DNA of 64,000 nucleotides from Chrysomallon squamiferum (Eukaryota; Animalia; Mollusca): NCBI GenBank assembly GCA_012295275.1, contig CM022670.1, positions 2,790,001 to 2,854,000 of the forward strand, read 5' to 3'. Shown piece by piece: positions 20,428 to 34,932 of this stretch (position 1 is its first letter; each line of letters starts with the position of its first letter). The notes under the pieces were generated by a model. It saw only the letters and a program-made list of their open reading frames with translations, ran no database searches and was not told where the DNA came from. The position numbers and the translations under genes were made by a program.

Positions 20428-21479
20428 TCATTCATTACATTTTTCCGGGCAGTATACACAACATCCAAATAGGAACTGAGCGTATTTCACACATTCATTG
20501 TAAACAGGAAGATCACAGTTTGCAGATCTCGAGTCTAGAACACCAAATGTATCTGTACGAGAAAAAAAAAGGTTGATACTTTAGTTAATTGATAATTTGT
20601 GTGTAGTATTTGTTTGTGTATACGTGTTTGTATATGTATGCGTATTTGTATATATGTATGTAAGTATGTCTGTGTCTGAGAATGTATATATGTATGTATG
20701 TATTTGTTTGTGTTTGTGTATTTGTGTACGTATATGCGTGTATGTCTATGTATGTATGTATGTATGCGCGTGTATGTGTTTATAGAAGGATGCCTGTATG
20801 TATGTACGTACGTATGGTTGTATGTATGTAAACATATGCAATCTATATTTTTGCACATACCAAAATTTCTTAACAGGGTTCCGCGGCGGGTTGTTAGGGG
20901 TTCCGCAAAGATCAATGACAGATAAGTTAATCTATTTTTGAGTATTTTTTGTTTGATTTCTTATTCGTAATTGAACCTCTTATATTATTTAAAATTATAA
21001 TACTCGTAAAAAATGTAATTAGCAATATGATTAGACACAAAATGGAACTAATTTTTTTCCGTAAACCACATATCCGAAAAAATTATATTATGTTTAGCAA
21101 GCGAACTGTGATATTAATATAAACGAGAAAGATATTGATAATGATATACAATAATTTTTATGCCGGGGTTGCTGTTAATGTCAACATTTACTTTTCGTTT
21201 ACTTTATATATTTCCTTACACATTCACTCACTTATTTAAAAATCGATTATATTAAAATACAAAAAAAAATACTCTCATCACCTAATAATACGTTTACATA
21301 AAGAATTCTTCATGCGCCAACCTTAGAACCATGGAAAGAGAATACTAATATACTAATCATTTATTTTTTGAATTAACAAATTATAAAATTAACAGATAAT
21401 AAAACGTACCTCTCATATGTCTTGAGGAAGCCAGTGAAAGAATGGCTGCCACGTACAGCAGAAAAACAAAGAACATCAT
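20428..21479 (-). CDS. Small secreted cysteine-rich prepropeptide, 64 aa (exons 21479-21410, 20552-20428), framework C-x7-C-x9-CC-x2-C-x3-C
   Basis: Translation: MMFFVFLLYVAAILSLASSRHMR-DTFGVLDSRSANCDLPVYNECVKYAQFLFGCCVYCPEKCNE*. Donor AG|GTACGT and acceptor polyT-ctcgtacAG join in phase 1. The protein has a signal peptide and six Cys, and a polyA signal follows. Confidence 0.78.
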
Positions 21480-22983
21480 CAATGTCTGTAAGAGTTTTCA
21501 GCGATTCTTTCTAAAATAGACCTGTCCAAGGTAAGCTTCAAGTTTTAGACAACGTTTCTCCCACTGTACGTTAGCATCTGATTCAGTATGTCCAGGATGA
21601 ACAAACAGACTTTGTCGTTATTAAAAGTTATAATTAACTTGTTGGCAATGAAATATTCTGTCATCAGTTTGTCCAAGCAGAGCAAAATAAACTGAAAATA
21701 AATTTTGGTTATTAAAAGTTACTGCTTGTTAATGAGTAATTACTTTTAATAATGAACTAGTCCAACTTTAGTTCGTCCAGACAAAACAAATAATAATTAT
21801 ACTGAAATGAGAAGGTATTGTTGTTATAAGTTATTGCTTTTTGACAAAGGCTTCATAAAATTTATTGTGAAGAAGAACCGATGAATCTGCTGTTTCATTT
21901 ATTTCCACGAAACTTTTTGTTGATACATTTTATGCAGTAACAACGTGTTAACGCGTATAAAATATGTGTGGCAAGAGATACATCAAATAAAATTAAGTAT
22001 ATCGCTTTTTCGGTAAATGGAATTTTGAGAAGTATATTATGATCATTTTTGTAGTCTGTTTTCCCTGACTCGTTAAACTAATTATATTTACAAATATCGT
22101 TCAATGATACAGCTTCAGCCAAAAAGCGAAGCGTCACCCGGTCCTTCCCTCGTTACCTACAGGTCTGAGAATTTGACTCCTAACCAGAGCAATGCTGTTT
22201 ATTATCTATTTATCTGTTTATTGTGTAATGCCTTTAAAAAGATCCCTTGCTTCTAATTACATGTATCGAAACTAAAAGTATACTTCACCTCTGTAGTTCG
22301 GCTGGAGCGGATTTCCTTGGGGCTGTTTACTGTTGAAGGTCATACATCAAAAACTGTGACGAGTGTGTTCCACATACAAAATAGGTTTTGTTATTTAACG
22401 ATTTCAGCAGCTCGTTCATACTCTTATTATAAAAATATCATATAACTATTAGTATTTTACAACACAGAAATGTATTAAATATATAATTTTTTTATGTTAT
22501 TATTTTTATTTTTATTAAATATTAAAATAATGTAGCCATTTTACCTTCGTCTTTTTCTATTATATAATATAAGTTAATAATTACTGCACAAATCTGCAAC
22601 AGTACAACAACAATAACAAAGATTAGTTCGAAGCAACAATATTCATTTAGAATTCATGGTGATGTGTCTAATTATGCAAAGGGCAGTAACTCTTCTTTTA
22701 GTAATACATTGCTAAAACAAAATTCTATTTTAAAGTATTTTGTATTTACTGGCTAATATATATTATTATGATAACAGATTATGTTATTATCAGTTAATCT
22801 TGTGTATGTGTGTGCGTTTCAATTTTTTCAGTGATATCTACGCATGTATTTTGTGTAATCTCGTTCAAATTTCACGACTTATACCTTAGGTTTTTGTGGG
22901 AAAACAAAACAAAAACACAGAAAGAAAAACTAAAAGATTAAACAATACAAATAACATATATTAAAAAACTGATTTCATATATA

Positions 22984-23096
<113 letters not shown>

Positions 23097-23639
23097 CTCC
23101 CTCCCTCCATCCATCCATCCCTCCTTCTCACTCTCCCTCTTTCATATTTTCCTTACATTTTTTATTTCAGGCACGTATGAAGTACGTACAAAAATAAACA
23201 TATTTCTTATTACTAATTTTACAAACATTTTTTTTTTGTTTCCCTTTGTTGTTGTGTATTCGTGTTTATATTTCCAATGTGTACAAACAGATAGCGGTAA
23301 CGAGACACACGTATTAAATTGCCTAACAGTCTCACCTCTCGATATCTCGAGGACAGCTCTTGAAACGTTCGTAACTAGATGAGCCTGCTGCTTGTTCAAC
23401 ACTTAGAATCGGACATGTCGTCCCCATTCGTCAAAGGTGAAGTGGTCCGGAGTCTTGTTACAGTTCGCATTTTCTCACCAAGTCACGTGACTGTTGGCGA
23501 TAACGCCATGAACTACTTGATTCCGATTGCATCACTTGTTAACGTGACACGCTTTTCTTTTCAAATATCTGAATCAGTCAAAACATCAACATTGTTAACG
23601 CATAATAATAATAATAATAACAACACCAACAACAGTGAA

Positions 23640-23689
<50 letters not shown>

Positions 23690-23738
23690 GAATAATAAAA
23701 GTGATAGTGATAGTATCAGTGGTCGTAATATTATTATT

Positions 23739-23787
<49 letters not shown>

Positions 23788-26348
23788 TTTTTTTTTAATA
23801 CAATAAAGTTTATAGACGTTTGTTAAAGAGTCTGAATAGGTTTTGGTATGTGTGTGAGAGAGACAGACAGAAAGACAGAAAGAGAAGATGAATAAGACGA
23901 TGATGACCATGATGATGATAAAAATGTAAATGCTGATGACAGTAATGATTATGATGATGGAGATTTAACTCAAGGTGTAGAAAAACAAAAACGAGAAAAT
24001 AAACAATCTTCAAAACAATGCACAAACGTGTTAGCACCGATAGTTTAGAAAGTACGTTGAATCCACTCAGACTTTTTGCACTTGAAATACCATCATCACT
24101 TCCGTAACGTGACTCCCTACCTTATCATAACGTTACAAGTGCCAATAATGCAGTCTGTTGTTTAGAGTAACTCTCGCCCTGCCCAACGCTGGGCACACTT
24201 AGCCGTTGGAGTTATCCATCCTATCTCACGTATACAAACGTCTTGATATGATCGCCGTATCGGTTTTCGTTGTTTCCAATATCGGGCTCTCTGCCTCTGT
24301 TGTGTTTCCACGTTCCACCGGCTGATAAAGCGAGACAGTTGGTTGCGTATTTCGTGGATGATGCCCAGCTCACGTGCGATGATGTATATCATTATTAAAA
24401 ACAACACGATCCGATGCGTTGTAAATATTTTCATAGCGTAACCTAATAACAATCTAAAAAAAAAAAAAAAAAAAAAACTTTGCTGTTTTCTTTTCTTTAC
24501 CTTTAAAATAATAATAATAATAAAAAAATAATTATAGTATTTGTGTATTTTCAAATTACTGTTAATAAATGCAATAATATTGAGGATTTGTATAAGTTAT
24601 TTTTTATTTTTGTTGTCTAAAAATAATACTCTTACTAATGCAAATACAGGTTTTTCGTGAACAAGGTAATTTAACGAAGCAATGGAATGTTTCCCAAAAG
24701 AAGATATAGGCCTACTCACTCTTCTTCTGTAAACAAAGATGTGCCATATATCTCGCAGTCAATAAGAAATGATATGTTTTTATGTGATACGGATCTGATA
24801 AATAAATAAATATTGGCCTAAGTGAAAAAGTTGTAGTAGTAATAGAAGAAGTAGGTGAGGCAAAATGATAATAGTATTACTGTGCAGTAATTTGTGTAGC
24901 AGCAGCAGCAGCAACAGCAGTAGTAGTAGTAGTAGTAGTTGTTTGTTGTTATAATGGTAGTGATGATAGTATTTGTGGTGATAGTAAATTCTAGTTATAT
25001 TTATTGTTGTAGCAATAGTTGCTGCTGTTGTTGATGTTGCTGTAGCACAAGTAGCAGTCAATTTATGTACATTAAAAACGTCATGGATAGCATAACTAAT
25101 AAGAACAACAACTACTATGATAGTAGTGTTAACAACCACAACATCAACAATACCAAAAAATTACAATATTAACATAAATCATTTCTTCATAAAACAAAAA
25201 AAACAACAACTCAGCGTTCTTAAGAATTCTACTCAGTATATTTTCACCCACTTAAAACAAACTGGCAAAAACAACAGGCACGGAAAGAAACCTATCTAGA
25301 TATCTTAAACTAAAATTACAATGATGTGCTTATTCGAGCTATCTTGAAAATCGCACCGCGAGAGTCATAGAAATAATTATGTTATCTTTATATATATTCG
25401 TCAGCAACCTTATCTCGCGGGTTGACATCAGATCTCAGACAAGGTTCTTGAGGTTCAGGGTAAGCTGGTGAATATCTGCGATTTTCAGTGTTTTGTTTGA
25501 CATAACGATGTGTAAATACTTGAGTAAGTAGGCCATGACATCTAAGTACATTAATGTGACATTTTCACTCTGCTGGATTCCAGAATGCTTACGTTTATCG
25601 TTGCGGTAGTAGTAGCATCTTTCTGATGAATAATCTAATCTATCAACCATTTAAAACGTGCTCTTGTCCACGGAAGGTTTAAGCATATTTGTCGTGGACA
25701 CTTTATCAAGGAGGCTGAATTATTTGGCCAAGACAGAAAGAAGAAGAAGAAAAAGAAAAAAAAGAGAAGTAACCTCCAAAATAAAGTTGATGACATTTTG
25801 GTTATGTGATGGTGATGATAATGTCAGATAGGATAACGATGATGATGATGATGATGATGATGATGTTGATGATAATAAGATAAAATATTAATGGCGATGA
25901 ATATGAAACGCACAGATGCACTTAAAACATATCCACAGGAAAAACAACAACAACAACAACAAAAACACATCAATAAAACAACAACAACAACACAAAACAG
26001 TAACACCGTAGGCTCGTGAAAAGTTTCAATGATGAATAAGTGTTTGACATCAGAAACTGTTCAGCAAGCTTAAGTAGAATGTACTACAGGGCATCGTAAC
26101 CCTCGTGACTGTAACCTTGTAAATAAATAAATAATAGTGTTCACAACAACCACTACTATGCTGTTACTACTACCATTACTACTACTACCCCTACTACTAC
26201 TACCCCTACTACTACTACTACTACTATTACTACTACTACTACTGCTGCTGCTACTACTACTATTATTACTAATATTACAACTAATAAGTTTAACAACAAT
26301 TGCAACAATAACAACAACTCCTACTACCATTATTATTATTACCATTAC

Positions 26349-26407
<59 letters not shown>

Positions 26408-27788
26408 GCATATATACACATAAACACACATAAACACACAGACACACACACACACACACACACACACGCGCACACTTTATTAAACTTATTATATTTTATT
26501 TTATTGTTATTTTTTGAAACTGTGTACGAATGGCGGGCTACAAGTAGCATCGCATCACACGTGTAGTTAAATCTAATCCCGATATAAAATTCCATTTGGC
26601 AACAAAGGGAGGAAACCGGTTTCTGCATTTAACTTCCGGTAATAGTATAATCCTGTTTGATTTGAGCGAACACATTGTTTCCGGAAAACATTTCATCTCT
26701 GCGTCTCTTTGAAGAGATTAGGCGGAATTATGACTGCCTGCTCAAAGATGGGATAAAATTTAACACCTAGTATGCAGTTAGAAGAAAACAAAACAAACAA
26801 ACAAACAAACAAACAAACTGAAATGAGATATAGATGAATGTAGCTATGAACGAACAGATGAACGAATTAATGAGAGGGTGAGCAAGGGAATAAATAAATG
26901 AATGAAAGAACAAAATAATGAATGAATGACCAGAAGAATTAACTAATGAATGAACAAATAAATGAACGAATGAATGAATGAATGAATTACTGAGTGAGTG
27001 AATTAACGAGCGACTGACTAAATGAATGAATGAATGAAAAACGAATGAATGAAGAAAAAATTAATGAATGAATTACTAAATGAATGAAGAAAAAACCGAA
27101 TAAATGAACGAATAAATGAACGAACAAATGAACGAACGAATGACTGAATGTTTACTAGGTATGAAATATAAGCTGTATTTATAATGTCGAAATCCTGTCT
27201 CATCAGAGACTGCGTTAATTTCACTGAGCTCTCCCTTATCGCTATATTTATTTCTGTAACACTAAATGAATCACTGTGTTTTTTTAATGTTTTTTTGTGC
27301 CCCCAAATTATTTATTTATTTATTTGTTTATTTATTTAACATTTTTCTGTATGCAATAACGTCAGCCTTCATTCTTACTGAAAAAGTATTTGTCATACTT
27401 TATGATTCGCAAAAACCAGTTGTCATTTATTTATTTATTTATTTTATTTTATTTTATTTCCACAATTCTTTCTCCTTTCTCTATCTCCGGAAATCGGAAA
27501 CGAACATTTCAGTCTATTTAGTTATGCGATGAACGAGCACGATAAAAAGTACAGAATGAGTTTTATCTCACACAAGAAAGAAAGAGAGAGAGAGAGACAA
27601 AAAAAAAGAAAAGAATTAACACATAAATTTAAATTCAAAAAAATAAAAAAAAATAAAAAATAACCCGTTAGATTGTCATTTTCGATAAAACTATTCTACA
27701 TCGGAAGAACACAAACCGAGAATTCTTTACAAGATTATTTCCCGAGTTCTCCACACAATAAATGTCTAATATAAACAAACGCTTGTTG

Positions 27789-27823
<35 letters not shown>

Positions 27824-28109
27824 CCCCACCAGAACAGTTCCAGTATTTTCTTAAGCAACTCAGCATCTCGAAACGATAGCTGAAGAGAGACTCTGTAACG
27901 TTTTAGCCGTGTTTCCACCACGCTTTGTTAAGAAGCGAAGCGCTTGGAAAACGTATCATTTATAATAAATATATTCTATTCTTCAAGACTGACACGCACA
28001 TTTTTCGAATGGATATTACCAACAACTGGAAAACGACGTCAAACGTCGCAACGGCGCAAGTCCTCGGCAAAATAATCACCGACGCCTGCTACACCATTGT
28101 GAGAGAGAT

Positions 28110-28265
28110 CGGCAGTCACGTGACCAGTCCGGCTTAAAAAGATTCCTTCTCTCGTTTCCACTGCACACTTTTCTGTGTTTCCGGTTTGTGCAAGCAGCGG
28201 GAATTAAGACTTCATTCTGAGAGAGCAGAGTGTAACAATCAGTCGAGTCGAGCTGTCAAGTTAAG
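28110..28265 (+). promoter_or_regulatory. Candidate promoter / non-coding first exon, possibly of the downstream bHLH gene
   Basis: GC-richer island with the GTCACGTGAC E-box palindrome (28115-28124) and ETS-like TTCCGG. It ends in a strong donor AAG|GTATGT at 28265/28266. The link to the bHLH gene is inferred. Confidence 0.35.
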
Positions 28266-29426
28266 GTATGTTGTTCTTTCTTTTTTAAACCGTTTTAGCA
28301 GCAGTATTTTAATTTTAGTTTTTTAATGATAGGAGTTTAATATGTCTAAAGTCATTAATATATATATATATATTTTTTTTTTTTTTTATTTTATTTTATT
28401 TTTTTTTATTTATTTATTTGTTTGTTTGTTTGTTTATATTTATATATATATATTTTGTTTATATTTGTATTTATATTTATTTTTTTATTTTTTTTTTTTT
28501 TTAAATATTATTTCATTTTATTTATTATATTAAAAATTAGTTTTAAAAAGTATTTTGTAGTAATTTATCACAGTTGATTATTATTAATTTTCATTTATGT
28601 TTCAAATGATGGCAATGCACGTATGTAATGCCTGCATGGAAGAATAAGCATACGTACATACAAATATGCTTGCATGCAGTACACATACATACACATACAC
28701 AAATACATGCATACGTACATACACACAGCATAAAACGATAAATATGAAGATACGTATAAACAGAGAGATAGAAATATTATACCTTGTGAATGCTGACATT
28801 TACAAATCTGTGAATGCTGACACTTAGCTTCTAGAATCTTGACACTCTTTAATTAATTTTCGATAATAGAAATATGCTGATTTGGACATAAAGATTTCGC
28901 TACAGAGTTGTGATGTTTGGGATGTGGTTTACTTCTAATTGAAAAAGTTTCAGTGATACACAGTCTTCTAGATAATTTATATATTTTGAAAGAAATAACA
29001 GAAAACATTATAACGTTGTTGTATCAGCTTATTGTAATTAAATGTCAGTAGTACTGTGATATTAACTGATATTATTACAAGGGAAACACGAAAGTTATTA
29101 CATAATGATAACCACAGTTTATGGACAGGTGACCGTAAATTTATATGTATTCCATATTTCTTATCAGATGTAAATTACTGTAGGTTTATGATAATTGTAT
29201 GTAATGACGATGCTTGAGTGACAAACAGAAATGTGTATTGCAGTTTAAAGGAAAAATGGAGGATATAATTATGAAAATCATTGTATCCAGAAAAATCGTA
29301 ATTACAATTCTGAGAAATATTATTATAGATTGTTGTTTCAAACAGAACATTTTAACTATACAAAAAGTTAAAGTATATATGACTGAATTATTATTCTTGG
29401 TTGATTATTATTTTCGACTCTCATTT

Positions 29427-29489
<63 letters not shown>

Positions 29490-30003
29490 TTCTTTTATTT
29501 TATTCTTTTTTTATTTAAATATCGGAAACGTTTTACCTTCAATTTTTAATTTAATAATATCTGAATTTCATTATAGTCTTAACAAAGTATAAAAAAAAGC
29601 ATTTTTTATTGTTTAAATCAAATCCGTTTTAATGAAGTGTCATTTCGGGTGCTTTGCTGTTTAAAATTAACTTTTTCTCTTAATTATTGTGATTTTTTAG
29701 TTAGCTAAAAAAAAAAAATTACTTTATAGAATTCAGTGCAGTGAAGTATTATAAATGATTGTTGTTGTTGTTATAAATATCGTCATAATCATCGTTATTA
29801 TCGTCATCATTTCTTGTCATCACTATCATTATTACCATAATTAGCAATATTTTCAATATTATTATCATTATCGTTATCATCAAAATTATTATTATTATCC
29901 TTATTATTATTAGTAGTAGTATTAATTGGTATTAATTTATTTGTGGTGGTGGTGGTGGTAGTAGTAGTAGTAGTATTACCACCATCATGTTATCATTATT
30001 GGC

Positions 30004-30078
<75 letters not shown>

Positions 30079-30905
30079 GTTGTTGTTGTTGTTGATATAT
30101 GTGACACTGTAACTTAAAAGAACTTAAAAGAAGGAGAAAATATCTATTATTCTTCGGATTCCAAAAATGTTTAGAAGGCACGTCATACCACGTGCCAAAA
30201 TACAACAAGTCGCGTGTCACCAAATATTTTATTAAATCACCATCCCTGTCCTTAGAACAACACAGAGTTCATTATTAAATATATTTTCACTTACGTATAT
30301 ATCTATATATATCTATCTATATATCTATATATACTATTAGACCGATTCATAAATAGATAACTTTACTAATTTAATTTGTGCTCAAAATAGAGAGAAAGGT
30401 GAATTAATTTTTCGTTTTGATTATTTCTGCAGTTTGACATTTCTCTTTATATTCATTTGGTCCTCTCATTTATTCGTTTGTTTGTTTGTTTATTTATTTA
30501 TTTGTCGGTTTGTTTGTATAACTACCCATCTTTTTCATTTATCTCATTTCTTTCTCTCTCTCTCTCTTTATCTGTTTGTCTCTCTGTCTGTCTATCCGCC
30601 TTCATAACCGTCATTAACCCAGAACTTGAAGTAATAATACTAACGTAATAATTGTAATCATTATACATCTCGTCATTATTATCCAACCCTCCGACTCCTT
30701 CTCTAAATTATTATTATTGTTATTGTTATTATCATCATCATCATTACTACTACTACTACTATTATTGTTGTTGGTTTTAGTGTTGGTGTTGTTATTTTTA
30801 TCCAGTTTTATTCCATTATTATTGTTATTATTATTATTACTGTTGTTGTTGTTGTTGCTGCTGCATCTGGTACTATTATTTTTGTTTTCATCCATTATTA
30901 TTATT

Positions 30906-30991
<86 letters not shown>

Positions 30992-31581
30992 CATTATTAT
31001 TATCATTATTATTCAGTTTTGCAATAAGTTCTTGTTACAAATAAATGTAGGACTGTAAACAGAATAAAAATAAAACAATGCTACACACATGTCAATTGTT
31101 TAAATGACCCAGTGAAAATATGACAGGATTCGTGAATCACAAACACTTGAAAATCACTTCAGAGCTGATGTACCATCACGTTTTCATCATGTGACAACGG
31201 ACATTCGTTAGACCATTGTACATCAGAACTGTAAATTAACGAAATTAAATAATATCATCGGTGAAATTCTTAAATCAGAATTTACAAAAAGAAGAACACT
31301 ATTTTAATTAGCACTTTGATTTTTGTTGGAATATATATTTTTGAGGAAATGAAGGTAGGTTAAGAATTATTATTTTATTATTTTGCTTCATTATGTTTGG
31401 GTGGTGTGCATTTGTACGTGTCTTAAAATTATATATTTTTGTTTATAATTTGTTTTTCATATTTTTTGTTTAGTATATTTCATTTGTATATGTATGTATA
31501 TGTGTTTGTTTGGCTATAAGTACAATATAGTATAGTTAATTTCATGAAATTTCTGATGGTGATTTAAATTTAAAATCATAA

Positions 31582-31690
<109 letters not shown>

Positions 31691-32456
31691 GTAATGTTAT
31701 TGTACTGTATGTTTAATGTTTGACGTTATTATAAAAATGAAGGTATATGCTTATAAGCCGAGTTATTTACTTTATCATACTGTTCTGTAATTTACTGTAC
31801 TTTACTATAATGTAACTTTATTCTATATTTTACTGTAGTTCACTGTGTTACACTACAATACACATCACAATACATATTACAATGTCATACTTTGCGTTAT
31901 TTTACTGCACAGTACCATGCCATATGTACACTGCTGTTTTTTATTTCACTGTTCTGTATTCTCATAACCAAACTGAAGCGTTAACGACATTTTAGTAGTT
32001 ACAAACGTAGAGCATATATATATATATATATATATATTTTAAAACGTTAAATTTTCCTCGTTGTTTACGAGGATTTAATGTTTACTCGGTAATAAATTTT
32101 TAACAGCGGAATAAGTATCCTCTTTATAGCTCATAATGCAAACAAATTGCCTTGTTTCTAAAAAGAATGAACCCAGATGTAAAGAAAACACATTTGGCAA
32201 AATGTTGTGAAAGCAGACTAGATTGATGATATGATCTTTAAGTTGAGCAAATAAAAGAAAACAAATTAATAGCTTTAGTGGAAGAAAAATAACTTTTGAG
32301 ATATTTTATTTTCCTTGTCTTTTTGTGTGCTTGGTTGAGTGTGTTTATGATTAATGTAATTATGTTATTGTTAAACTTTTTACTACTACTACTAATAATA
32401 ATATTAATAATGTCACTATTTTTTATTTACATATTATTATTATTATTTGCTCGCTT

Positions 32457-32497
<41 letters not shown>

Positions 32498-32833
32498 TTG
32501 AAACCTTAAGGTCGAAATAGTCGATGCCTCTGCGAAGTTTGTAAGAATTTACTACGTAAGAAAATGAAATGTCAACGCCCGATGTCAGCTTTTAAATTGT
32601 TGTTTGGACGCTTGTCATTTTTTAAACAGAAAAGTGGACTTGATAAGCAAACAGGATCTTAATTGAGCCATTCTGTAAAAAATATGAATATTTTATCACT
32701 TATTTTAGTAAAAACATTTTCTGTACGATGATGACCTGACTGTTCATCTGAAAGTACAAAAATGCACCGAGTCATTATTATAATCAACATCATCACCACT
32801 GTTATCTTTATCATGATCGTCATTATTTTTATT

Positions 32834-32869
<36 letters not shown>

Positions 32870-33241
32870 GCTGTTGTTGTTACTGTTTTTGTTATTATTA
32901 TTGTTTTTGTACCTATATTTATGAAGCCTGATATCGTTCTGTACATAATTATTAGAGCAATGAAAATTCTAATATAAATATACAGATAAATAAATATTCC
33001 CAAAACCCAAACAAACAATCTACTTTGAATAATTATTTTTAAGTATGACTCAGGGTGTTATTTTGCAAGTAACTCAGCTTTCAGTGTTAAGTTTGCTTTT
33101 AGTTAAAACCTGTCCACCTTCTTACCTAAACAGCAGCCAAGAAACAAATTATAATACAAATTCGCATCAAATTTCGAAACTTTCAAACAACAATATTTTT
33201 GTTCTAGGGGAATAATAAAAAAAAAAAAAAAAAAAAATTGT

Positions 33242-33284
<43 letters not shown>

Positions 33285-34044
33285 AAGAAAAATGCAGGAG
33301 GTAAAAAAGAGAAAAAAAGAGGAAAATGAATATAATTTAAATAAAATTAATTTTTTAAATACGTTTTCGATAATTCACAAAAAATTAAAAATAGAGTAAC
33401 AATAAAATAATTAATTAACAAAATATAGGAATTAGAAAAGAATGAAAGAATAAAGAAACGATTAACGAAAACAAAAAAGAATTAACGAAATAAAGAAAGG
33501 AAAAGAGAAAAGATGAAAAAAAAAAAAAATAAAATAAAGAACAACGGAAACAGAAAATTACAGAAAAAAAAAAAAAATAAAAAGAAAACACACAACACTA
33601 GACAGAAAAAAATAAAAATAAAAATAAGAATGACAGAAAAGAAAAGAAAAAAAAAAAAGTAGAAAAATTCTGCGCCACCCTCAGACAAACCTAGCTTTGA
33701 TGTATACGATATATCATTTAATGCATCGTTAAATACTCGGGCGACACTCGTGTTTGCTTTTCGCCAATCCACTGAGCATTCAGTGTCGCGTTTCTTCGCG
33801 CCGCGGCAGACAAAAGTGTCGACTTGTCGAAAGATCCTTAACTTTAATTTAAACCACGAGCGGTTAATGCGGATAACGGTCACAGAAGAAACCAAGGCGT
33901 TGCTCGCTGGAATTTCACAAGTGTACAAATGATGAAAAATAACACTTTTTCTCTTGATAAAAATCATCTTAGGTTATCCTTAGATTTTTTTTTTTCCCTT
34001 TCGTTTTCTTCCCGTCTCTTTCCCTGACAACCCCTCTCTCTCTC

Positions 34045-34117
<73 letters not shown>

Positions 34118-34159
34118 CAGCGATGAATATCACTTCTTTTTGATAACGTTAGAACCGAC

Positions 34160-34191
<32 letters not shown>

Positions 34192-34383
34192 GAAATGTTG
34201 CATTTGCTGCTTAAATCGTTGTCGGTGAAAAGTAAATTATTTCAGAAGGTAAATAAAACATTTGTTCAGAGTGTTCAGATTTCGCGATCATTAGAAACTC
34301 CGCAGGAGTCTCGTTTTCTTCCTGGAGCTGTGAACATTTGGCGAAAAAAAATTCTTGATAAGCTTTAATGAAGTAGATCTCTC

Positions 34384-34502
<119 letters not shown>

Positions 34503-34847
34503 GCAAGTTATCACGTTAATTTACGATACATGCGAATAACACAAGAAATTTGTTCTCTGCTTCTGTTCTGAGATCGTTTTACATTACGCGTGATTTACAA
34601 ATGATAGCAGCGTGCGTGTTTCACATCTGTGGGCTTCTAATGAAAGGAGAAAGTGTTAGGTGAGTGGAAAATCGAAACTGCGTTTTAAACAGACTGTACT
34701 GGAGCCGGAGGAGAATATTATAAAACAAAAATTTAGTGTTAGGAAGTTTAAGCCATTTATGCCGATATGAGAATACATAAAATTAATGTATAACATAATT
34801 AAACCTGTATATATATACATGCGTATATACGTATATAGTAATAATAA

Positions 34848-34932
<85 letters not shown>

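Noticed and set aside
20860-21180. Possible hAT/Charlie-like MITE remnant (gggttccgc x2) in the intron of the Cys-rich peptide gene
   Set aside because: No matching terminal inverted repeats or target-site duplication could be identified by eye.
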